Counted from the stretch's first letter, positions 20,701 through 28,660 are shown. The stretch: 42,575 nucleotides of DNA from a virus (IMGVR_UViG_3300035670_000071); one strand, 5' to 3'. A program made the numbers and translations. The notes: a model not told the origin generated them from the sequence alone.

Positions 20701-21147
20701 CAGGCTTGGGAGATGAGAAGAAAACAATCAGGTATTGGTGATATGACTCCTAAGCGTGAAGACTATACGATGGAAAGAATAGGCAAAGCTATTGACAATG
20801 GAACTATAGACCCTATTGAAGTTGACTATGAAGATTATCAGAGAGGAGTTCTTACCGACGGTAAACACAGACTTAATAAGTATAAAGAAAAAGGATATAC
20901 TGATGTTGAGATTCAAGTAAATAATGTTCCTGAAGATGTTGAAGATTCTGTTGAACAGCAATATGATAATGCTGTTGATGCTGAATTTAATAATGCTTTG
21001 TTAGAGGAAACCAAAGAAGAAGCAGAGGAAGCATTTGAGGATGCACAAGAGAAAGCCGCCTTTGAAGAAATGGGTGATGAAGAAGTTGAGGAGGAATACA
21101 ATGAAGAAGCTGAAGAGGGTGAACAACGAAAAGAAAAAGACATATGA
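17743..21147 (+). CDS. 1134-aa multidomain (polyvalent-type) protein: DxDxD motif, ParB-like, kinase-like, ART-like x2, nucleotidyltransferase-like, ParB-like, acidic tail
   Basis: DTDGDNVPDKFDC (aa ~78), HEGRHR (~178), LGQGRDRKVY/VVKVAK/GDL/IVDGG (~294-416), YRG (~596), YYHGT (~751), G..R....DVD..D (~907-950), DGKHR (~1039). Domain calls are by eye. Confidence 0.75.
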   Translation: MMVNRGLKGKPKQIDVFDSIHASSLLKTQTRRPFATGSLPTPLASFSQPMNGASQAMQRQWANMPIEQRAMARVQYKDTDGDNVPDKFDCSPTNVMRQDWNIPKAKQEAQYVKWMTPQEYLAKTGLDPFNNPRHKRMLETYYDKETQKSEPIEKLGGYIKDPNVMVSIPFVGDYEADHEGRHRAYAAHLKGERQVPVIVRPPESWRAPEVVEAFIQKRFPDSGSDYKAQWRRRFESTFPQSQMDRQSTEAFVSVLKDKDLWQEDVSRPFKTVRNKDMTAAQRFGGANIQNLPVLGQGRDRKVYELPGQGVVVKVAKNPGGLDQNSSERGGDVKIYEEGKDYVIAEKVNPPGKAVKEVVKTLKPFSQTDFDNHTSELQDAFEKLDRTDLLSYDVVMGDLKRKSSWGEKYGNPVIVDGGSTNKSSIEHHRIRDLQEAARDPRKGEWARQQLKDWEEIKRERRQYKDKGAKEGPDYSRYGGQQVDVDVGEFYDTTNKMYGEVVEENVDGIIFPSNIGIEPERKKELIEHMKKTHDDKTRQKFDYVYKGRGTWQGRQSDDYEFDVFPKGQRWEGKKKKLDVQNTQLTPWNELKAQDGVVYRGMNEEEYNEAMQQGFFKSKGEHNIGQNEGDYTFGTKDIKQASSYASGFAPKLQKPQVGGPTGIIVGFKKDEKWEEGSMENQKEKFIPVGEMATKEKIPVTDVQEVYKYVPTEAEKGQYWAHRGWGEFERSIDHIPDTEGGWQKEEPPQPKRQKYYHGTSKVGSVGAIHEGLKTAAEVAKDMPFVSDPAMSDQTDPNYTYFFKDAHHADTWAKVVAKRTGFKPEVLEVELEPDKMERDFNMPFGESYKYKGSVPKEQIKVYQGDVSYPEEKKKKTKEEEYYDDFVEDAKVAGKFVAKNLGANVLDSQVVSGVVRHKSPYRKDVDVLVKVDDANKLRGKKFTNTDVNGIPVDVFVEDDKGNKLVGEDRGQQSQFIDISPKKKSKTVKIPLDQAWEMRRKQSGIGDMTPKREDYTMERIGKAIDNGTIDPIEVDYEDYQRGVLTDGKHRLNKYKEKGYTDVEIQVNNVPEDVEDSVEQQYDNAVDAEFNNALLEETKEEAEEAFEDAQEKAAFEEMGDEEVEEEYNEEAEEGEQRKEKDI

Positions 21148-21433
21148 AGCTTATCATAAGTTAGTCAATATGTCTATCAAAGAACTTACCGAACTGGGAA
21201 GGTATGTTCTTAGATATAGAAAATATATGACAACAAGGCCGATAGAAAAGAATATCAAATTGTTGGCCAAGCCACTTTCTGATTGGAGTATGACCGATGT
21301 TTCTATTGCAAATCATATAGTATATTATATTAGTGAGATGCGTAAAGTTCCGAATGAATTAAATAATGAAGGTATTCCATCAAATAGGGATGTGTGTTTA
21401 ATGATGTGGGGCCACGACCCAAGAAAGAATTAG
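21101..21433 (+). CDS. DUF3140-like protein
   Basis: LVNMSIKEL...LMMWGHDP matches my recollection of the DUF3140 consensus (VNM..ELxxxL...LxNWGHDP). ATG 21101 has SD GGAGG and overlaps the upstream gene by 47 nt. Confidence 0.7.
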   Translation: MKKLKRVNNEKKKTYEAYHKLVNMSIKELTELGRYVLRYRKYMTTRPIEKNIKLLAKPLSDWSMTDVSIANHIVYYISEMRKVPNELNNEGIPSNRDVCLMMWGHDPRKN

Positions 21434-21446
21434 GGAGGGGTAGATT

Positions 21447-21653
21447 ATGTTAGGGCAAGAAGAAAACAAATATATAAGTAGATTGGTGCAGCTAACGCAT
21501 CAGAAAGACCTTGAAGTTCTTGTGAACGACCACGATAGAATATTTAGGAAAACTATGGAAGACCATCCAGGAAAAACTTTCTCAGAATATATAGATATAA
21601 CAGAATGTCGATTAGTAAATTATTATAAAGCATATGGAGTGAATAAAAAATGA
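21447..21653 (+). CDS. Small hypothetical protein
   Basis: SD GGAGGGG; operonic. Confidence 0.6.
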   Translation: MLGQEENKYISRLVQLTHQKDLEVLVNDHDRIFRKTMEDHPGKTFSEYIDITECRLVNYYKAYGVNKK

Positions 21654-21808
21654 TGGGCGATAAGACATTATTTCAAGGAAGAACTCCCGAAGAAGCAAAG
21701 ATGAATGCTCAACGAGCAGGGTATACTGTTATAGGTGTATCATTTAATCGAGAGAAAGGATATTGGGTTGCCTTTGCGAGAAAGAACAGCGTCAATAGAT
21801 TTGTATAA
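21650..21808 (+). CDS. Small hypothetical protein (52 aa, MMGDKTLFQGRTPEEA...)
   Basis: Not in track. ATGA overlap, SD GGAGTG. Confidence 0.55.
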   Translation: MMGDKTLFQGRTPEEAKMNAQRAGYTVIGVSFNREKGYWVAFARKNSVNRFV

Positions 21809-21810
21809 TC

Positions 21811-21850
21811 GTAAGCTTTTTATATTAGTTAGTATACCCAATCCATTGAG
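21811..21850 (+). promoter_or_regulatory. Putative TATA promoter of the SSB/recombination operon
   Basis: TTTTATATTAGTTAGTATAC resembles the 24701 promoter (TTTATATATTAGTTTAGTTATAC). Confidence 0.45.
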
Positions 21851-21922
21851 TAAGATGTAGATACTTTCTGATGTATTGAACCTTATTCAAACCACGTAAA
21901 AACCACGTAAGGAGGAAACAAA

Positions 21923-22516
21923 ATGGCCAAAAATGAGTTCGAAGATTTGGTCGAGTCAGAAGGACTTGACAACGATTTCTCGGAAGAGATACCAGGTAAG
22001 AGCAACGACTATACAGAAACCCAGGATGATATTATTTCTGAAGGCAGTGCTGGGCAGAAGTATGATTGGTCGAAGGCACCAGAAGGAACAAAGGCACCAC
22101 CAAGAGTCAGCCTAAATGGTATGACTGTGACTATTAAGAAGGCAGAGATTGTTCTCCCGCCAATTGATAGGGAATGGGCTTTGTCAAAGAGTGGAAAGAT
22201 AAAATATAAATATTGCACTTTCCGATTGTTCTATGACAAGGAAGGACAGCAAGAGTTCTACTCAGGTGTCAGAGTGTTTGAGAGGGAAGGAAAGTATTCT
22301 CACCCGTCAATCACCAGGGATATGAACAACCAGGCAAGTAAGCTTATGGGTTTGTATGCAAAGTTTAGAGGCAAGGACATCAATGAAGTAAGCTTGAAAG
22401 AGTTTATGGCATTCTTGAATGGACAGCCAAAAGCAGTTATCAAGACTGAGACTGTTGTAAACCCACAGACAAACGCCAAGATTGAAAAGAACCTTGTCGA
22501 CAAGTTCGTTGCATAA
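21923..22516 (+). CDS. Putative single-stranded DNA-binding protein with acidic N-terminal tail
   Basis: Strong SD AAGGAGG. Acidic disordered N-terminus, beta-rich aromatic core; position before the nuclease-helicase. SSB identity is inferred. Confidence 0.45.
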   Translation: MAKNEFEDLVESEGLDNDFSEEIPGKSNDYTETQDDIISEGSAGQKYDWSKAPEGTKAPPRVSLNGMTVTIKKAEIVLPPIDREWALSKSGKIKYKYCTFRLFYDKEGQQEFYSGVRVFEREGKYSHPSITRDMNNQASKLMGLYAKFRGKDINEVSLKEFMAFLNGQPKAVIKTETVVNPQTNAKIEKNLVDKFVA

Positions 22517-22556
22517 AGCAACAAATTTTTTTATTTTTTCTTTGAGGTAGCATACT

Positions 22557-24701
22557 ATGGATAAACCTACATCATTTAGCCAGAACAAGATGTTCACAGA
22601 ATGTCCCAGGACTTGGTATTATAAATATATCAAGAAGGTTCCTACTGTTGAGGATTTAGTTTATGCTAATGGAGGAAGTTGTATTCACGATGCTATCGAA
22701 TTTTATTTTACCAATAATGCAACCATCGAAGCAACCAAAGAAGTCTTCAAGAAAGAATGGGCAAAGTATAAACTCGCCGATACGATTCTCAAATACAAAG
22801 AAGACATCTATTGGAATATGGTTCTCACCGCAATCAATCTTCCTTTCAAGCCAACGTCTTGTGAGATGAAAATATTCTTTTCTGATGTTGTTGCATATCT
22901 TGATGCAGTCAATACAACAACAGACCACATCGTTGATTGGAAGTCAAGCACACGAGGAGAGTGGAATGAAGAAGAATATAAGTTGCAATTACAATTCTAC
23001 TGTTATCTTTATCAAAGGAAGTTTGGAAGACTTCCAAAGTTAGCAGAAGTATACTATCTAAAATATACTGATAATAAGATTTCGTTTATACCAACGGAGG
23101 AAGATGTCAGAATAGCCAGAGAATGGCACGAGGGGGTAAGGGTAAAAATGCAACATTACATTGACCACCCTGAAGAGCTTCCTCCGTTTAATGAGAACTA
23201 TACTTGGTCACCTTATAAAGTTTTGTGGGATTCAGAACGTGGTGACAAGATTAAATGGATTCTACATATCACGGGGAACTTCATTAAAGTAGAAGGACCG
23301 ATACCAGACTTATTATTGAAACAACTTAAGAGAAAGTTTGGATATGAATTGAAGAGTGCATACTTTATTAAGAAGGCAAAACCTTGGGCCAGAACCAGAG
23401 TTGACTTCTGGGAAGATAAGCAACGCAGGTTGCCGATTGGATTCAAGGATGAACTGGTTAAGACATTGCGGGATTATGCAGAGTATAAGAAACTTCTTCC
23501 TGCTATTGATATTGTTGACCATAGGATATTTGATACAACAAATATTCCTATGCCTGAAGCATTTATCAATGGTAAAGTATTAAGAAACTATCAGGTTGAT
23601 GCGGCAGATACATTCATACGTCGAAGCAATATATCTATTCTTGAAATTGGAACAGGTGGCGGAAAGACTGAGATAGCCATAGAATGCATAAGACAATTAG
23701 GATTCAAGACATTATTTATTGTCGATAAGATAGAACTCTTAAGACAGACTAAGAAACGTATAGAAGATTCACTGGGTATTTCAGTTGGGGTAATTGGAGC
23801 GGGAGAGGATGACATAAAGGATGTCACCGTGGCAACCGTGCAGACTTTAGCAAAGCACGTTCAACAATACGAGGCATATCTAAAGTCTGTTCGGTTCGCT
23901 ATCTTTGATGAGACACATAAGGTTGCTGCTGCAAGTTATTTCAAGATAGCCAAGTGGTTGACTAATACAGAATACAGACTTGGAATATCTGGAACAGCAT
24001 ATCGTGATGATGGAAATGATATGATGATAAATGCTGTGGTCGGATATAAATCATATGACCTTAGCTCTAAGGTATTGATTGAGAATGGATGGTTGATGAG
24101 ACCACGAATACAATTCATAAGAGACTTCTGTGATGAAGAAGAAGTCAAAAAGAAAGAGAAGTCACTTAAGGAAGGATTGATTAATGAGTCTCCAGATTAT
24201 GCTAAATGGTATGGCACATTTATATCAGAGAACCAGGAAAGGAATAATCTATTACAGGAAATCGTAGAGAAACACAGGGGTAAAAAGATTTTAATTTTGA
24301 CTAAATTGATTGCCCACGGTGTTTATCTAAAGCAGGTTATTCCAAAGAGTGAACATCTCTATGGTGATACAAAGAAGGAAGAGAGAGAAAAGATATTTGA
24401 GGCATTCACATCAGGTTCATTGGATGTGCTAATAAGCACAATCAGTATATTTGCTGAAGGTATTGATATTCCTAAATTGGATATGGTTATCAATGCGGCA
24501 GCTAACAAGGGAGATGTCAAGACCATACAGGTTCTTGGTAGAGTTCTAAGGAAGCTGGAGGGAAAGTCTAACGCTTATTATATAGACTTCCACGATGTAA
24601 CCAAGTTCTTTGCCTTGGCCAGTAGTTCAAGAAAGAAAGCCCTTAGAAACGAAGGACATAATGTAGAGCTGATTAGTATAGAAGAATGGAGACGAGAATA
24701 G
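22557..24701 (+). CDS. PD-(D/E)XK (Cas4/AddB-like) nuclease fused to UvsW-like SF2 helicase
   Basis: N-term SFS...CPR.WYY, G..IH, D...IVDWKS, QLQFY. C-term LRNYQ, GTGGGKT, DETH, SGT, EGIDIP, QVLGRVLR. Confidence 0.85.
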   Translation: MDKPTSFSQNKMFTECPRTWYYKYIKKVPTVEDLVYANGGSCIHDAIEFYFTNNATIEATKEVFKKEWAKYKLADTILKYKEDIYWNMVLTAINLPFKPTSCEMKIFFSDVVAYLDAVNTTTDHIVDWKSSTRGEWNEEEYKLQLQFYCYLYQRKFGRLPKLAEVYYLKYTDNKISFIPTEEDVRIAREWHEGVRVKMQHYIDHPEELPPFNENYTWSPYKVLWDSERGDKIKWILHITGNFIKVEGPIPDLLLKQLKRKFGYELKSAYFIKKAKPWARTRVDFWEDKQRRLPIGFKDELVKTLRDYAEYKKLLPAIDIVDHRIFDTTNIPMPEAFINGKVLRNYQVDAADTFIRRSNISILEIGTGGGKTEIAIECIRQLGFKTLFIVDKIELLRQTKKRIEDSLGISVGVIGAGEDDIKDVTVATVQTLAKHVQQYEAYLKSVRFAIFDETHKVAAASYFKIAKWLTNTEYRLGISGTAYRDDGNDMMINAVVGYKSYDLSSKVLIENGWLMRPRIQFIRDFCDEEEVKKKEKSLKEGLINESPDYAKWYGTFISENQERNNLLQEIVEKHRGKKILILTKLIAHGVYLKQVIPKSEHLYGDTKKEEREKIFEAFTSGSLDVLISTISIFAEGIDIPKLDMVINAAANKGDVKTIQVLGRVLRKLEGKSNAYYIDFHDVTKFFALASSSRKKALRNEGHNVELISIEEWRRE

Positions 24702-24741
24702 AAACCTTTATATATTAGTTAGTTATACTATGCAACATAGT
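24701..24741 (+). promoter_or_regulatory. Class-1 promoter with downstream TATACTA-N7-TAGT operator-like site
   Basis: GAAACCTTTATATA (24701-14), then TATACTA TGCAACA TAGT (24724-41). Confidence 0.65.
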
Positions 24742-24758
24742 TAATGGAGGTAGCAAAA

Positions 24759-24956
24759 ATGCCAAACGTAAACATAACAGTATATTTGTCGGATGAGGAA
24801 TACCTTGCGTATGTCCCAGCGAAACAAGAAATTAACGAGAACGCAAGAACGCTTGTTAAGAGTGAAGTCAAAGCACGAATGACACCAAAAGTAAAGACAC
24901 CAAAGAAAGCTCCTGAAGATGGGGCAACTGAGGGCGGTGCTCAAGATGAAAATTGA
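24759..24956 (+). CDS. Small putative RHH-like regulator
   Basis: ATG 24759 after SD GGAGG. The N-terminal alternating strand NITVYLSDEEY is RHH-like. Confidence 0.55.
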   Translation: MPNVNITVYLSDEEYLAYVPAKQEINENARTLVKSEVKARMTPKVKTPKKAPEDGATEGGAQDEN

Positions 24957-25641
24957 GAAGAAAAAACTATCCGCATTTCTAAAGAAAGTTCATATGAACG
25001 AAATAGACGAATGCCTATTTGAGTTCTCAGAAACAGGATTGAAGATTACATCTACAACTCCTGCGAAGATGTCTTTCGTTGATGCAATTCTTTTGAAGGA
25101 AGCATTTACAGACTACGAGATATTCGGTGCTATTGCATTGAATGACCTTAGAAACTTGATGAATGCTATTGACCACTTCGGTAAAGAAGTTGAACTGAAA
25201 AAAGAAGGAAACATATTAACCATCAAAGAAGAAGGTAAGTCTCTTGATGTAGAGCTTATGGCTAAACAGTTTCTTGAAGATGCACAGAAGGTTCCTAACA
25301 TTGTTCCTGATGAGACATTTACAATCACAGCAAAACAACTTTCAGGAATATTCAAGGATGTATTGATGAACAAGGATTCAGAACTTATCATTGAAACAAA
25401 ACCTGGTGCAGTAAGATTTAGAAATACTGGTAAGTATAAGTTCACAAACGATTTCCTTATCGAGGGAGTTACCAAAGAAATAAAGGTTAAGTTTGGAATG
25501 CCATTGATTGATGCATTAAATAATCTTACAGACAACATTGAGTTTGGTGTCAAGACAGATTATCCTGCAATCATAAAAGAGAAGACTACCGAAAGTGTGA
25601 TAACAATTATTGTTGCTCCGAGAGTTGGACAGGACGAGTGA
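24946..25641 (+). CDS. pcn: PCNA-like sliding clamp
   Basis: Two-domain pattern (FEFSETGLKI...AFTDYE; FTITAKQL...; DYPAII; IIVAPRV); adjacent to RFC. Confidence 0.85.
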   Translation: MKIEKKKLSAFLKKVHMNEIDECLFEFSETGLKITSTTPAKMSFVDAILLKEAFTDYEIFGAIALNDLRNLMNAIDHFGKEVELKKEGNILTIKEEGKSLDVELMAKQFLEDAQKVPNIVPDETFTITAKQLSGIFKDVLMNKDSELIIETKPGAVRFRNTGKYKFTNDFLIEGVTKEIKVKFGMPLIDALNNLTDNIEFGVKTDYPAIIKEKTTESVITIIVAPRVGQDE

Positions 25642-26555
25642 TTAAGATGGAAAAGAATTTTAACCCACTGGATGCAATGTGGACAGAGAAGTATAGACCA
25701 AAGAAGATTTCAGATATGGTTGGAACTTTTAAGGAAGAGATTCTTGAGAAGCTCAAAGAGCCTCAGACAATGCAGCATCTTCTTTTGTATTCCAAATCAC
25801 CTGGAACAGGAAAGACTACTTTGGCTAAAGCCATTATTGCAGAGCTTGGAGCTGACTATATCGTTATCAATAGTTCCGACGATAGAAAGATTGAAACAGT
25901 AAGAGATAAGGTAAAAGCATTTGCAAACACACAAAGCACCAAGCCTGGAATCCGTAGGGTTATATTTCTTGATGAAGCAGATGGTATGACCAAACAAGCA
26001 CAGGAAGCATTGCGTAATATGATGGAGACATTTGCTTCAAATGCTTTATTCATTTTAACCTGTAACGACATTGGAAAGATTCACGAAGCTATTCAATCAA
26101 GATGTTCTAAGATAACATTTGCTTATCCTGAAAAAAATGATATAGCAATATACTTGACAAAGATATGTGTCGCAGAGGGCCTTGCACATACGAAAGAGGG
26201 AATCGATAAGATTATAGAATTACATTATCCGAGCATCCGTGATTGTGTTACAGTGCTTCAGGATTTGTATTCGATGAACAAACCTATTGTTCCAGATAAT
26301 GTTCAGCCACACAGTCCAATCTTTGATGTGATGTGGAAGGAACTTATCGAGAATAAAAACTGGAAGAAGGTAAAGGAATATATTTATCAGACCACAGTTG
26401 ACCCAAGACAATTAAATAAATTCTTTTGGGAGAAAGCAGTGGAGACTGAGAATGTGAAACTGATTCAAAGAACTTGTTTGAATGAAGTTCATATGTCGTA
26501 TGGTTCAGACCCAAAGGTAATCCTTACAACTTCCTTAATAGAGATGGTGAAGTAA
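25638..26555 (+). CDS. rfcS: Clamp loader AAA+ subunit (RFC small / gp44-like)
   Basis: WTEKYRP, Walker A PGTGKTT, LDEAD, SRC motif. Confidence 0.92.
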   Translation: MIKMEKNFNPLDAMWTEKYRPKKISDMVGTFKEEILEKLKEPQTMQHLLLYSKSPGTGKTTLAKAIIAELGADYIVINSSDDRKIETVRDKVKAFANTQSTKPGIRRVIFLDEADGMTKQAQEALRNMMETFASNALFILTCNDIGKIHEAIQSRCSKITFAYPEKNDIAIYLTKICVAEGLAHTKEGIDKIIELHYPSIRDCVTVLQDLYSMNKPIVPDNVQPHSPIFDVMWKELIENKNWKKVKEYIYQTTVDPRQLNKFFWEKAVETENVKLIQRTCLNEVHMSYGSDPKVILTTSLIEMVK

Positions 26556-26747
26556 ATGGATAAGTTGGAATATATACAGATAGGATTGAGGGTGCTGATG
26601 TTCATAGGACTCTTTTATGTCTTGTTTAGTTTCAAGAGTTATATCGCATCCGATATAGTATTTGATATAGCGTTCTGGGTTTACGCCGCAGTTCACGCCG
26701 CATATGTTATCGTGCAGTCATACAAAGAATATGAGGATTCAATATGA
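26556..26747 (+). CDS. Small membrane protein (2 TM)
   Basis: Two hydrophobic helices. Confidence 0.65.
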   Translation: MDKLEYIQIGLRVLMFIGLFYVLFSFKSYIASDIVFDIAFWVYAAVHAAYVIVQSYKEYEDSI

Positions 26748-27247
26748 ATATATTTCAGATACTCAACAATCTATATACGCAGACAAATGCGAAGTGGATG
26801 AGAGAGTTATCAGATACAGATGTAGAACCATACATATTGAATAGATGGATTGCTATGAATGATAACGCAAGAAGTCACGCAAGTTGGTTAGATAAATATG
26901 TGTTCACGTTACCACCCAAGATGTTTGTGAGTCTTGCTTGGTCTGTATTACCTAAGATGCAGAAGGCTCCGTTTGTAAAATATATAAAACAGATTGAGGA
27001 CGATGAAGAATACAATTTTATTTATGCAAGAATCAGAAGACAGTTTGAAATATCAGACAATGATTTTGCTGTAATAAAACCAATGCTGTATAATGCTATC
27101 AAGACAGATATGGTAAAGTGGTTTTCATATTATGGAATACCAAAAACATATTGGAAAAAGTATTTACTTGATTACACTTTGATGAAGAACTTCAATAGAG
27201 AAGAAGCAAAGAGACCGACACAAGGATTAGGAGCGTGGGGGTTTTAA
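26744..27247 (+). CDS. T4 gp62-like clamp loader small subunit
   Basis: MNIFQILNNL...PYILNRWIAM...FVKYIK resembles the gp62 family pattern (F.FLN.I...PF.INR.LS...F.KW.K); context next to RFC and PCNA. Confidence 0.6.
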   Translation: MNIFQILNNLYTQTNAKWMRELSDTDVEPYILNRWIAMNDNARSHASWLDKYVFTLPPKMFVSLAWSVLPKMQKAPFVKYIKQIEDDEEYNFIYARIRRQFEISDNDFAVIKPMLYNAIKTDMVKWFSYYGIPKTYWKKYLLDYTLMKNFNREEAKRPTQGLGAWGF

Positions 27248-27248
27248 G

Positions 27249-27593
27249 ATGTGGACAGATAGAGATACTATTGTTGTCCCACATTTTTTGATTGTGCTTA
27301 GGGAACTTGCAATAAGACCACAGAGTGTAACGGACTTATTTGAAACAACGAAGATAACATATTCACATATACATAGTATGAAGGGAGTGTTCCTTGATAA
27401 AGGTTGGGTGACAGCACACAAAGAAGATAAGAAAATTATATTAACACTAACCGATAAAGGAAAAGAGATTGTGACTATTGCAGTCAAGTTGCTTGATGCT
27501 ATGGATATAACAGTTGAAGATATTAAAATATATCTTGAGGAATCAAAGTTAAATAGAAAGGGTAAGACAGATGAGAATAGAGAGAATATATAA
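27249..27593 (+). CDS. Winged-helix (MarR-like) DNA-binding protein
   Basis: ITYSHIHSMKGVFLDKGWV...ILTLTDKGKEI is a wHTH wing signature. Confidence 0.8.
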   Translation: MWTDRDTIVVPHFLIVLRELAIRPQSVTDLFETTKITYSHIHSMKGVFLDKGWVTAHKEDKKIILTLTDKGKEIVTIAVKLLDAMDITVEDIKIYLEESKLNRKGKTDENRENI

Positions 27594-28185
27594 TACGTTC
27601 ACAGACCTTGTGGATATTGGGCGGTTAGCTTTATTCATAGAGATGAATACAAAAGGCTCTCACCACAATATCGAGGATGTTGTCGAACAAGCAAAGCATT
27701 TTAATCTTGTAGTGCTAACTGGAGAAGACCCATTTCATCAACGAGAGGATGTTGCCGAGTTCATTAAGAAATATAAGAAAGCAAATCCTTTTGGTTTTGT
27801 GCAGGTTATAACTGATGGAGTTACACGCCCAGTCTCTTTAAATAATCAGAAGGATGTTACATATATTATCGGTGTTGCATTGAAGAACTCTGGCAAAGAT
27901 TATGAGAAGAGAGTTGATGAAAAGGTATTAAAATGGTTTAGAGATGCACCATCATCTTACTTTGTGTTTATGGTATTTGACGAGGATGACTTTGATGAAG
28001 TAAGTCTTATTGTGTCGGCTGTTGAAATAAGAAGACATCAAGTATTTATTATTCCAGGTGGAGATATACAAGAGATATGTCTTGCTGCGAAAGTTAGAAA
28101 ATATAATATAACATTTAAAGTAGGGGCAACTATTTGGGGTGACCTTGATGATGAAGAAGGAGGATGTTCAGGCGAACATTCGTGA
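27571..28185 (+). CDS. QueE-like radical-SAM fold protein lacking the CxxxCxxC motif
   Basis: RIYNTF..L..IGRLALFI, VVLTGEDPF, ITDG, LKNSG, FVFMV, VFIIP, IWG align with QueE landmarks; the cysteine triad is absent. Confidence 0.7.
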   Translation: MRIERIYNTFTDLVDIGRLALFIEMNTKGSHHNIEDVVEQAKHFNLVVLTGEDPFHQREDVAEFIKKYKKANPFGFVQVITDGVTRPVSLNNQKDVTYIIGVALKNSGKDYEKRVDEKVLKWFRDAPSSYFVFMVFDEDDFDEVSLIVSAVEIRRHQVFIIPGGDIQEICLAAKVRKYNITFKVGATIWGDLDDEEGGCSGEHS

Positions 28186-28660
28186 ACTAAGAATCAAACA
28201 AAGAGACTTGATGATTAAAGAGGATAGGCGTGAAATAACAAACGCCGAATATAAACAGCAGATTACACCAATAGAACAAAAGATTGTTGAGTTGAATCAA
28301 CAATTGATTCAGATACTTACGGCAGAAACACAAGATAGATTAGTGATGCCAACACCAGAACAAGTCACAGTTGATGAGCAGATTAAAAAGATAAAGGAGG
28401 AACGTGGCACTAAGGTTGGAAGGAAAAGAGAATCAGGAAGCTGGTTATCTTTGATTTTGAAAGCTTTGGAAACAGGCGAGTGCAAAGACGTATCTGATGT
28501 TATCAATAAGGTTCATCAATGGAGGGCAGGTCGGGATAATGCTAAGACAGAGCACCAAGTGAAGGTGGCTATATATAGAGTAAAGAAACAGTATCCTGGT
28601 CCTTATCAGGATTACATATGGAACGAAGAGAAATACAAATTGGAGAGGAAGACAAAATGA
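28148..28660 (+). CDS. Coiled-coil hypothetical protein with possible C-terminal helical DNA-binding domain
   Basis: SD GGGGTG before ATG 28148; heptad-rich N-terminal half. Confidence 0.65.
   Translation: MMKKEDVQANIRELRIKQRDLMIKEDRREITNAEYKQQITPIEQKIVELNQQLIQILTAETQDRLVMPTPEQVTVDEQIKKIKEERGTKVGRKRESGSWLSLILKALETGECKDVSDVINKVHQWRAGRDNAKTEHQVKVAIYRVKKQYPGPYQDYIWNEEKYKLERKTK

Noticed and set aside
22557-23250. Cas4 as part of a CRISPR adaptation module
   Set aside because: No cas1/cas2 or array; it is fused to a helicase in a replication/recombination operon.
27571-28185. Functional 7-deazaguanine DNA modification pathway
   Set aside because: The QueE-like protein lacks the Fe-S motif, and no queC, queD, folE or dpdA is visible in the window.
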